Assembly (NCBI GenBank): GCA_004431415.1 | Contig: QPMI01000700.1 | Location: 1 to 45,037, forward strand | DNA length: 45,037 nt | From: Cyanophora paradoxa CCMP329 | Lineage: Eukaryota; Plantae; Glaucophyta | Direction: 5' to 3' | Part shown: in pieces, positions 34,101 to 45,037 of the stretch | Layout of the letters: every line of letters starts with the position of its first letter | Position numbering within the stretch: position 1 is the first letter of the stretch | The notes under the pieces: generated by a model | What the model was told of the DNA's origin: nothing | Seen by the model: the letters and a program-made list of their open reading frames with translations, nothing else | Databases searched by the model: none | Program-made: the position numbers and the translations under genes

Positions 34101-37100
34101 AGACGGCGGGGACGGTGCCCGTGGTGCGTAGTCGCTGAACACTGGCTTTGCGTGTTGGCCGCTGCGCATCCCCGCCTGTTGCTGATCAATGGGGCCGCGG
34201 CGGGCCACACCTCATCGCACTATCAGACCGCGACGGAGACGTGCGAGGTCGCCGCCTGCGCTGCTGGTGACATGATCGGGGCGGGCTACGCCTGCAACTT
34301 GGAGGCCACCTGCAAGGCGACGGACGGGCTCTACGTGCGCTCACGTACAGAGCGACTTGTCGGGATCCGCCTCCGTGGCGGGCACGTGTACTGATTGAGG
34401 GCCGGCGCCCGTGCGCGGCAGGTGGATGCGATGGCGGGCAAGTGCGTGTCGACGTGCGAGACGGCGGGGACGGTGCCCGTGGTGCGTAGTCGCTGAACTT
34501 TCGCTTTGCGTGTTGGCCGCTGCGCCTCCCCGCCTCTTGCTGATCAATGGGGCCGCGGCGGGCCACACTTTATTGCCGATCAGACCGTGACGGAGACTTG
34601 CGAGATCGCTGCCTGTGCTGCGGGCGACACCATCGCGACGGGGATCGTCTGCGACTCGGATGCCACCTGCAAGGCGGCGGACGGGCTCTACGTGCGCTCT
34701 CGTGACGAGCGACTAGTCGGGACCCGCCTCGTCGGCGGGCGCGCGTACTGATTGAAGGCTGTTGCCCCTGCGCGGCAGGTGGACGCGACGGCGGGCAAGT
34801 GCGTGTCGACGTGCGAGACGGCGGGGACGGTGCCCGTGGTGCGTGGTCGCTGAACGTTCGCTTTGCGTGTTGGCCGCTGCGCCTCCCCGCCTCTTGCTGA
34901 TCAATGGGGCCGCGGCGGGCCACACTTTATTGCCGATCAGACCGCGACGGAGACTTGCGAGGTCGCCGCCTGCACTGCGGGCGACACCATCGCGACGGGG
35001 ACCGTCTGCAACTCGGATGCCACCTGCAAGGCGGCGGACGGGCTCTACGTGCGCTCTCGTGACGAGCGACTAGTCGAGACCCGCCTCGTCAGCGGGCGCG
35101 CGTACTGATTGAAGGCTGTTGCCCCTGCGCGGCAGGTGGACGCGACGGCGGGCAAGTGCGTGTCGACGTGCGAGACGGCGGGGACGGTGCCCGTGGTGCG
35201 TAGTCGCTGAACTTTCGCTTTGCGTGTTGGACTCTGCAATTCTTCACCCCCTTCTGATCAATGAGGGCTGGGCGGGCCCCACTAACAGACCACGACGGAG
35301 ACTTGCGAGGTAGCCGTGTGCGCTGCGGGCGACACCATCGCGACGGGGACCGTCTGCAACTCCGACGCAACCTGCAAGGCGGCGGACGGGCTCTACGTGC
35401 GCTCACGTACAGAGCGACTAGTCGGGACCCGCCTCGTCGGCGGTCGCGCGTACTGATTGAGGGCCGGCGCCCCTGCGCGGCAGGTGGACGCGACGGCGGG
35501 CAAGTGCGTGTCGACATGCGAGACGGCGGGGACGGTGCCCGTGGTGCGTGGTCGCTGAACTTTCGCTTTGCGTGTTGGCCGCTGCGCCTCCGGCCTCTTG
35601 CTGATCAGTGGGGCCGCGGCGGGCCACACCTCATCGCACTATCAGACCACAACGGAGACTTGCGAGATCGCTGCCTGTGCTGCGGGCGACACCATCGCGA
35701 CGGGGACCGCCTGCAACTCGGACGCCACCTGCAAGGCGACGGACGGGCTCTACGTGCGCTCACGTACAGAGCAACTATAGCTAGTCGGGATCCGCCTCCG
35801 TGGCGGGCGCGTGTACTGATTGAGGGCCGGCGCCCCTGCGCGGCAGGTGGACGCGACGGCGGGGAAGTGCGTGTCGACGTGCGAGACGGCAGGGACGGTG
35901 CCCGTGGTGCGTAGGCGCTGAACATTCGCTTTGCGTGTTGGAATCTGCACTTCCTCACCCCCTTCTGATCAATGAGGGCTGGGCGGGCCCCACTAACAGA
36001 CCACGACGGAGACTTGCGAGATCGCTGCCTGCACTGCGGGCGACACCATCGCAACGGGGACCGTCTGCAACTCGGACGCCACCTGCAAGGCGGCGGACGG
36101 GCTCTACGTGCGCTCTTGTGACGAGCGACAAGTCGGGGCCCGCCTCGTCGGCGGGCACGTGTGCTGATTGAAGGCTGTTGCCCCTGCGCGGCAGGTGGAC
36201 GCGACGGCGGGCAAGTGCGTGTCGACGTGCGAGACGGCGGGGACGGTGCCCGTGGTGCGTAGTCGCTGAACTTCGCTTTGCGTGTTGGCCGCTGCGCCTC
36301 CGGCCTCTTGCTGATCAATGGGGCCGCGGTGGGCGACACTTTCGCGCACCATCAGACCGTGACGGAGACTTGCGAGATCGCTGCCTGTGCTGCGGGCGAC
36401 ACCATCGCGACGGGGACCACCTGCAACTCGGATGCCACCTGCAAGGCAGCGGACGGGCTCTACGTGCGCTCACGTACAGAGCAACTATAGCTAGTCGGGA
36501 TCCGCCTCCGTGGCAGGCGCGTGTACTGATTGAGGGCCGGCGCCCATGTGCGGCAGGTGGACGCGACGGCGGGCAAGTGCGTGTCGACGTGCGAGACGGC
36601 AGGGACGGTGCCCGTGGTGCGTAGTCGCTGAACATTCGCTTTGTGTGTTGCACTCTGCACTTTTTCACCCCTTCTGATCAATGAGGGCTGGGCGGGCCCA
36701 CTAACAGACCACGACGGAGACTTGCGAGGTCGCCGTGTGCGGTGCCGGCGACACCATCGCGACGGGGACCGTCTGCAACTCGGACGCCACCTGCAAGGCG
36801 ACGGACGGGCTCTACGTGCGCTCTCGTGACGATCGACTAGTCGGGACCCGCCTCGTCGGCAGGCGCGCGTACTGATTGAGGGCCGGCGCCCCTGCGCGGC
36901 AGGCGGACGCGACGGCGGGCAAGTGCGTGGCGACGTGCGAGACGGCGGGGACGGTGCCCGTGGTGCGTAGTCGTTGAACATTCGCTTTGCGTGTTGCACT
37001 CTGCACTTCTTCACCCCCTTCTGATCAATGGGGCCGCGGCGGGCCCACTAACAGACCACGACGGAGACTTGCGAGGTTGCTGTGTGCGGTGCCGGCGACA

Positions 37101-40100
37101 CCATCGCGACGGGGACCGTCTGCGACTCGGATGCAACCTGCAAGGCGGCGGACGGGCTCTACGTGCGCTCTTGCGACGAGCGACTAGTCGGGACCCGCCT
37201 CGTCGGGCGAGTGTACTGATTGAGGGCTGGCGCCCCTGCGGGACAGGTGGACGCGACGGCAGGCAAGTGCGTGTCGACGTGCGAGACGGGAGGGACGGTG
37301 CCCGTGGTGCGTAGTCGCTGAACATTCGCTTTGCGTGTTGGAATCTGCACTTCCTCACCCCCTTCTGATCAATGAGGGCTGGGCGGGCCCCACTTACAGA
37401 CCACGACGGAGACTTGCGAGGTCGCCGTGTGCGCTGCGGGCGACACCATCGCGACGGGGACCGTCTGCAACTCGGATGCCACCTGCAAGGCGGCGGACGG
37501 GCTCTACGTGCGCTCTCGTGACGAGCGACTAGTCGGGACCCGCCTCGTCGGCGGGCGCGCGTACTGATTGAGGGCCGGCGCCCCTGCGCGGCAGGTGGAC
37601 GCGACGGCGGGCAAGTGCGTGTCGACGTGCGAGACGGCGGGGACGGTGCCAGTGGTGCGTAGTCGTTGAACATTCGCTTTGCGTGTTGCATTCTGCACTT
37701 CCTCACCCCCTTCTGATCAATGAGGGCTGGGCGGGCCCACTAACAGACCACGACGGAGACTTGCGAGGTAGCCGTGTGCGCTGCGGGCGACACCATCGCG
37801 ACGGGGACTGTCTGCGACTCGGATGCAACCTGCAAGGCGGCGGACGGGCTCTACGTGCGCTCTCGTGACGAGCGACTAGTCAGGATCCGCCTCCGTGGCG
37901 GGCGCGTGTACTGATTGAGGGCCGGCGCCCCTGCGGGACAGGTGGACGCGACGGCAGGCAAGTGCGTGTCGACGTGCGAGACGGCGGGGACGGTGCCCGT
38001 GGTGCGTAGTCGTTGAACATTCGCTTTGCGTGTTGGAATCTGCACTTCTTCACCCCCTTCTGATCAATGAGGGCTGGGCGGGCCCACTAACAGACCACGA
38101 CGGAGACTTGCGAGGTTGCCGTGTGCGCTGCGGGCGACACCATCGCGACGGGGACCGTCTGCGACTCGGAGGCCACCTGCAAGGCGGCGGACGGGCTCTA
38201 CGTGCGCTCTCGTGACGATCGACTAGTCGGGACCCGCCTCGTCGGCGGGCACGTGTGCTGATTGAGGGCCGGCGCCCCTGCGCGGCAGGTGGACGCGACG
38301 GCGGGCAAGTGCGTGTCGACGTGCGAGACGGCGGGGACGGTGCCCGTGGTGCGTAGTCGCTGAACTTTCGCTTTGCGTGTTGGCCGCTGCGCCTCCGGCC
38401 TCTTGCTGATCAATGGGGCCCCGGCGGGCCACACTTTCTTGCACTATCAGACCACGACGGAGACTTGCGAGATCGCTGCCTGCACTGCGGGCGACACCAT
38501 CGCGACGGGGACCGTCTGCAACTCGGATGCCACCTGCAAGGCGACGGACGGGCTCTACGTGCGCTCACGTACAGAGCGACTAGTCGAGATCCGCCTCCGC
38601 GGCGGGCGCGTGTACTGATTGAGGGCCCGCGCCCCTGCGCGGCAGGTGGACACGACGGCGGGCAAGTGCGTGTCGACGTGCGAGACGGCGGGGACGGTGC
38701 CCGTGGTGCGTAGTCGCTGAACGTTCGCTTTGCGTGTTGGCCGCTGCGCCTCCGGCCTCTTGCTGATCAATGGGGCCCCGGCGGGCCACACTTTCTTGCA
38801 CTATCAGACCACGACGGAGACTTGCGAGATCGCTGCCTGCACTGCGGGCGACACCATCGCGACGGGGACCGTCTGCAACTCGGAGGCCACCTGCAAGGCG
38901 ACGGACGGGCTCTACGTGCGCTCACGTACAGAGCGACTAGTCGAGATCCGCCTCCTTGGCTAGCGTGCGTACTGATTGAGGGCGGGCGCCCCTGCGCGGC
39001 AGGTGGACGCGACGGCGGGCAAGTGCGTGTCGACGTGCGAGACGGCGGGGACGGTGCCCGTGGTGCGTGGTCGCTGAACTTTCGCTTTGCGTGTTGGCCG
39101 CTGCGCCTCCGGCCTCTTGCTGATCAATGGGGCCCCGGCGGGCCACACTTTCTTGCACTATCAGACCACGACGGAGACTTGCGAGATCGCTGCCTGCGCT
39201 GCGGGCGACACCATCGCGACGGGGACCGTCTGCAACTCGGACGCCACCTGCAAGGCGACGGACGGGCTCTACGTGCGCTCACGTACAGAGCAACTATAGC
39301 TAGTCGGGATCCGCCTCCGTGGCGGGCGCGTGTACTGATTTAGGGCCCGCGCCCCTGCGCGGCAGGTGGACGCGACGGCGGGCAAGTGCGTGTCGACGTG
39401 CGAGACGGCGGGGACGGTGCCCGTGGTGCGTGGTCGCTGAACTTTCGCTTTGCGTGTTGGCCGCTGCGCCTCCGGCCTCTTGCTGATCAATGGGGCCCCG
39501 GCGGGCCACACTTTCTTGCACTATCAGACCACGACGGAGACTTGCGAGATCGCTGCCTGCGCTGCGGGCGACACCATCGCGACGGGGACCGTCTGCAACT
39601 CGGACGCCACCTGCAAGGCGGCGGGCGGGCTCTACGTGCGCTCTCGTGACGAGCGACTAGTCGGGACCCGCCTCCGTGGCGGGCGCGTGTACTGATTGAG
39701 GGCCCGCGCCCCTGCGCGGCAGGTGGACGCGACGGCGGGCAAGTGCGTGTCGACGTGCGAGACGGCGGGGACGGTGCCCGTGGTGCGTAGTCGCTGAATT
39801 TTCGCTTTGCGTGTTGGCCGCTGCGCCTCCGGCCTCTTGCTGATCAATGGGGCCCCGGCGGGCCACACTTTCTTGCACTATCAGACCACGACGGAGACTT
39901 GCGAGATCGCTGCCTGCACTGCGGGCGACACCATCGCGACGGGGACCGCCTGCAACTCGGACGCCACCTGCAAGGCGGCGGGCGGGCTCTACGTGCGCTC
40001 ACTTACAGAGCGACAAGTCGGGACCCGCCTCCTTGGCGGGCGCGCGTACTGATTGAGGGCCGGCGCCCCTGCGCGGCAGGTGGACGCGACGGCGGGCAAG

Positions 40101-43100
40101 TGCGTGTCGACGTGCGAGACGGCGGGGACGGTGCCCGTGGTGCGTAGTCGCTGAACTTTCGCTTTGCGTGTTGGCCGCTGCGCCTCCGGCCTCTTGCTGA
40201 TCAATGGGGCCCCGGCGGGCCACACTTTCTTGCACTATCAGACCACGACGGAGACTTGCGAGATCGCTGCCTGCGCTGCGGGCGACACCATCGCGACGGG
40301 GACCGTCTGCAACTCGGACGCCACCTGCAAGGCGACGGACGGGCTCTACGTGCGCTCACGTACAGAGCGACTAGTCGAGATCCGCCTCCGTGGCGGGCGC
40401 GTGTACTGATTGAGGGCCCGCGCCCCTGCGCGGCAGGTGGACGCGACGGCGGGCAAGTGCGTGTCGACGTGCGAGACGGCGGGGACGGTGCCCGTGGTGC
40501 GTGGTCGCTGAACTTTCGCTTTGCGTGTTGGCCGCTGCGCCTCCGGCCTCTTGCTGATCAATGGGGCCCCGGCGGGCCACACTTTCTTGCACTATCAGAC
40601 CACGACGGAGACTTGCGAGATCGCTGCCTGCGCTGCGGGCGACACCATCGCGACGGGGACCGCCTGCAACTCGGACGCAACCTGCAAGGCGGCGGACGGG
40701 CTCTACGTGCGCTCTCGTGACGAGCGACTAGTCGGGACCCGCCTCCGTGGCGGGCGCGTGTACTGATTGAGGGCCCGCGCCCCTGCGCGGCAGGTGGACG
40801 CGACGGCGGGCAAGTGCGTGTCGACGTGCGAGACGGCGGGGACGGTGCCCGTGGTGCGTAGTCGCTGAACTTTCGCTTTGCGTGTTGGCCGCTGCGCCTC
40901 CGGCCTCTTGCTGATCAATGGGGCCCCGGCGGGCCACACTTTCTTGCACTATCAGACCACGACGGAGACTTGCGAGATCGCTGCCTGCGCTGCGGGCGAC
41001 ACCATCGCGACGGGGACCGCCTGCAACTCGGACGCCACCTGCAAGGCGACGGACGGGCTCTACGTGCGCTCACGTACAGAGCGACTAGTCGAGATCCGCC
41101 TCCTTGGCGGGCGCGCGTACTGATTGAGGGCCCGCGCCCCTGCGCGGCAGGTGGACGCGACGGCGGGCAAGTGCGTGTCGACGTGCGAGACGGCGGGGAC
41201 GGTGCCCGTGGTGCGTAGTTGCTGAATTTTCGCTTTGCGTGTTGGCCGCTGCGCCTCCGGCCTCTTGCTGATCAATGGGGCCCCGGCGGGCCACACTTTC
41301 TTGCACTATCAGACCACGACGGAGACTTGCGAGATCGCTGCCTGCACTGCGGGCGACACCATCGCGACGGGGACCGCCTGCAACTCGGACGCCACCTGCA
41401 AGGCGGCGGGCGGGCTCTACGTGCGCTCACTTACAGAGCGACAAGTCGGGACCCGCCTCCTTGGCGGGCGCGCGTACTGATTGAGGGCCGGCGCCCCTGC
41501 GCGGCAGGTGGACGCGACGGCGGGCAAGTGCGTGTCGACGTGCGAGACGGCGGGGACGGTGCCCGTGGTGCGTAGTCGCTGAACTTTCGCTTTGCGTGTT
41601 GGCCGCTGCGCCTCCGGCCTCTTGCTGATCAATGGGGCCCCGGCGGGCCACACTTTCTTGCACTATCAGACCACGACGGAGACTTGCGAGATCGCTGCCT
41701 GCGCTGCGGGCGACACCATCGCGACGGGGACCGTCTGCAACTCGGACGCCACCTGCAAGGCGACGGACGGGCTCTACGTGCGCTCACGTACAGAGCGACT
41801 AGTCGAGATCCGCCTCCGTGGCGGGCGCGTGTACTGATTGAGGGCCCGCGCCCCTGCGCGGCAGGTGGACGCGACGGCGGGCAAGTGCGTGTCGACGTGC
41901 GAGACGGCGGGGACGGTGCCCGTGGTGCGTAGTCGCTGAACTTTCGCTTTGCGTGTTGGCCGCTGCGCCTCCGGCCTCTTGCTGATCAATGGGGCCCCGG
42001 CGGGCCACACTTTATTGCCGATCAGACCCTGACGGAGACTTGCGAGATCGCTGCCTGTGCTGCGGGCGACACCATCGCGACGGGGACCGTCTGCGACTCG
42101 GATGCCACCTGCAAGGCGGCGGACGGGCTCTACGTGCGCTCTCGTGATGAGCGACTAGTCGGGACCCGCCTCCTTGGCGGGCGCGCGTACTGATTGAGGG
42201 CGGGCGCCCCTGCGCGGCAGGTGGACGCGACGGCGGGCAAGTGCGTGTCGACGTGCGAGACGGCGGGGACGGTGCCCGTGGTGCGTGGTCGTTGAACTTT
42301 CGCTTTGCGTGTTGGAATCTGCAATTCTTCACCCCCTTCTGATCAATGAGGGCTGGGCGGGCCCACTAACAGACCACGACGGAGACTTGCGAGGTCGCGG
42401 CCTGCACTGCGGGCGACACCATCGCGACGGGGACCGTCTGCGACTCGGATGCCACCTGCAAGGCGGCGGACAGGCTCTACGTGCGATCTCGCGACGAGCG
42501 ACTAGTCGGGACCCGCCTCGTCGGCGGGCGCGTGTGCTGATTGAGGGCCGGCGCCCCTGCGCGGCAGGTGGACGCGACGGCGGGCAAGTGCGTGGCGACG
42601 TGCGAGACGGCGGGGACGGTGCCCGTGGTGCGTAGTCGTTGAACATTCGCTTTGCGTGTTGCACTCTGCACTTTTTCACCCCTTCTGATCAATGGGGCCG
42701 CGGCGGGCCCACTAACAGACCACGACGGAGACTTGCGAGGTTGCTGTGTGCGGTGCCGGCGACACCATCGCGACGGGGACCGTCTGCGACTCGGATGCAA
42801 CCTGCAAGGCGGCGGACGGGCTCTACGTGCGCTCTTGCGACGAGCGACTAGTCGGGACCCGCCTCGTCGGGCGCGTGTACTGATTGAGGGCTGGCGCCCC
42901 TGCGGGACAGGTGGACGCGACGGCAGGCAAGTGCGTGTCGACGTGCGAGACGGGGGGGACGGTGCCCGTGGTGCGTAGTCGCTGAACATTCGCTTTGCGT
43001 GTTGGAATCTGCACTTCCTCACCCCCTTCTGATCAATGAGGGCTGGGTGGGCCCACTAACAGACCACGACGGAGACTTGCGAGATCGCTGCCTGCACTGC

Positions 43101-45037
43101 GGGCAACACCATCGCGACGGGGACCGTCTGCAACTCGGATGCCACCTGCAAGGCGGCGGACGGGCTCTACGTGCGCTCTCGTGACGAGCGACTAGTCGGG
43201 ACCCGCCTCGTCGGCGGGCGCGCGTACTGATTGAGGGCCGGCGCCCCTGCGCGGCAGGTGGACGCGACGGCGGGCAAGTGCGTGTCGACGTGCGAGACGG
43301 CGGGGACGGTGCCCGTGGTGCGTAGTCGTTGAACATTCGCTTTGCGTGTTGCACTCTGCACTTTTTCACCCCCTTCTGATCAATGAGGGCTGGGCGGGCC
43401 CACTAACAGACCACGACGGAGACTTGCGAGGTAGCCGTGTGCGCTGCGGGCGACACCATCGCGACGGGGACCGTCTGCAACTCGGATGCAACCTGCAAGG
43501 CGGCGGACGGGCTCTACGTGCGCTCTCGTGACGAGCAACTAGTCGGGATCCGCCTCCGTGGCGGGCGCGTGTACTGATTGAGGGCCGGCGCCCCTGCGGG
43601 ACAGGTGGACACGACGGCAGGCAAGTGCGTGTCGACGTGCGAGACGGCGGGGACGGTGCCCGTGGTGCGTAATCGTTGAACATTCGCTTTGCGTGTTGGA
43701 ATCTGCACTTCTGCACCCCCTTCTGATCAATGAGGGCTGGGCGGGCCCACTAACAGACCACGACGGAGACTTGCGAGGTTGCCGTGTGCGCTGCGGGCGA
43801 CACCATCGCGACGGGGACCGTCTGCGACTCGGATGCCACCTGCAAGGCGGCGGACGGGCTCTACGTGCGCTCTCGTGACGAGCAACTAGTCGTGACCCGC
43901 CTTGGCGGCGGGCACGTGTGCTGATTGAGGGCCGGCGCCCCTGCGCGGCAGGTGGATGCGATGGCGGGCAAGTGCGTGTCGACGTGCGAGACGGCGGGGA
44001 CGGTGCCCGTGGTGCGTAGTCGCTGAACTTTCGCTTTGCGTGTTGGCCGCTGCGCCTCCGGCCTCTTGCTGATCAATGGGGCCGCGGCGGGCCACACCTC
44101 ATCGCACTATCAGACCGCAACAGAGACTTGCGAGGTCGCGGCCTGCACTGCGGGCGACACCATCGCGACGGGGACCGTCTGCAACTCGGATGCCACCTGC
44201 AAGGCGACGGACGGGCTCTACGTGCGCTCACGTACAGAGCGACTAGTCGAGATCCGCCTCCGTGGCGGGCGCGTGTACTGATTGAGGGCCGGCGCCCCTG
44301 CGCGGCAGGTGGACACGACGGCGGGGAAGTGCGTGTCGACGTGCGAGACGGCGGGGACGGTGCCCGTGGTGCGTAGTCGCTGAACATTCGCTTTGCGTGT
44401 TGGAATCTGCACTTCCTCACCCCCTTCTGATCAATGAGGGCTGGGCGGGCCCACTAACAGACCACGACGGAGACTTGCGAGATCGCTGCCTGCACTGCGG
44501 GCGACACCATCGCGACGGGGACCGTCTGCAACTCGGATGCCACCTGCAAGGCGGCGGACGGGCTCTACGTGCGCTCTCGTGACGAGCGACTAGTCGGGAC
44601 CCGCCTCGTCGGCGGGCGCGCGTACTGATTGAGGGCCGGCGCCCCTGCGCGGCAGGTGGACGCGACGGTGGGCAAGTGCGTGTCGACGTGCGAGACGGCG
44701 GGGACGGTGCCCGTGGTGCATAGTCGCTGAACTTTTGCTTTGCGTGTTGGCCGCTGCGCCTCCGGCCTCTTGCTGATCAATGGGGCGCGGCGGGCCACAC
44801 TTTCTCGCACTATTAGACCGCGACGGAGACTTGCGAGATCGCTCGCCTGCGCTGCGGGGGACACCAATCGCGACGGGGACGTCGCAACTTGGAGGCCACC
44901 TGCAAGGCGGCGGACGGGCTCTACGGCGCTCACTTACAGAGCGACACTAGTCGGGATCGCGCCTCCGTGGCGGGCGCGTGTACTGATTGAGGGCCGCGCC
45001 CCTGCGCGGCAGGTGACGCGACGGCTGGCAAGTGCGT
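22161..45037 (+). CDS. Giant, probably secreted, Cys/Thr/Ala-rich repeat protein (>3,500 aa, ~130 exons, 3' end outside window)
   Basis: Exon 1 22161-22295 (signal-peptide-like MLRMFVVFSVLAAAAAQ; in-frame ATG also at 22131), exon 2 22365-22430, then alternating 108-nt exons (first 22539-22646) and 60-nt exons (first 22734-22793). All introns are GT-AG, phase 0; the repeat introns carry a CTGAT branch motif. Unit consensus: TxTETCE(I/V)AxCAAGDTIATGTVC(N/D)SDATCKAADGLY|VDATAGKCVSTCETAGTVPV. Confidence 0.9.
22539..45037 (+). repeat. Tandem array of 64 exon-intron units (~344-365 bp)
   Basis: Counted 108-nt-exon starts from 22539, 22904, 23252, 23609 ... to 44461 and 44817. The last unit is degraded and truncated. 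Confidence 0.97.

Noticed and set aside
22647-44816. Introner-type mobile introns
   Set aside because: The introns are near-identical because they were duplicated together with their exons at the same positions; no independent insertion sites are visible in this window.
22553-44933. Numerous 60-240-aa ORFs on both strands in the ORF track
   Set aside because: These are read-through of introns, alternative frames or antisense of the spliced repeat gene.
22539-45037. CRISPR-like array or non-coding satellite
   Set aside because: There are no unique spacers; the entire ~350-bp unit repeats and resolves into in-frame exons with canonical splice sites.
44780-45037. Pseudogenised final repeat unit
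   Set aside because: Dense scattered indels confined to the last ~250 bp look like low-coverage contig-end error.

Overview
GC-rich eukaryotic (protist/alga-like) genomic DNA with short GT-AG introns, in three parts. (1) About 1-11,900 is a virus-like module whose left end lies outside the window. It holds five compact minus-strand genes, four of which share an upstream ATTTTC motif. It also holds an intron-rich D5-like SF3 helicase (+), a convergent herpes-UL9-like origin-binding SF2 helicase (-), and an HNH-endonuclease-like gene with degenerate catalytic residues. The two helicase genes are bracketed by two near-identical 51-bp palindromes in direct orientation, and the left one adjoins a (GA)n tract and an iteron-like 8-mer array. 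This is the best candidate for an undescribed system: a nuclear replicon or endogenous virus with its own origin. Many apparent frameshifts here are single-base losses in homopolymers, so the genes may be intact. (2) About 11,950-22,000 is host-like: a GT23/FUT8-like fucosyltransferase gene, minisatellites, a TTA-flanked MITE carrying two nested retro-insertions, and a hAT-type MITE with an 8-bp TSD. (3) 22,161 to the window end is one giant, probably secreted, Cys-rich protein gene built from 64 tandem exon-intron-exon-intron units (56 aa each, all introns phase 0), with higher-order repeats and hairpin-containing introns. Most long Arg/Ala/Pro/Gly-rich ORFs in the supplied track are artefacts. 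All family calls rest on motif recognition by eye; no searches were run.
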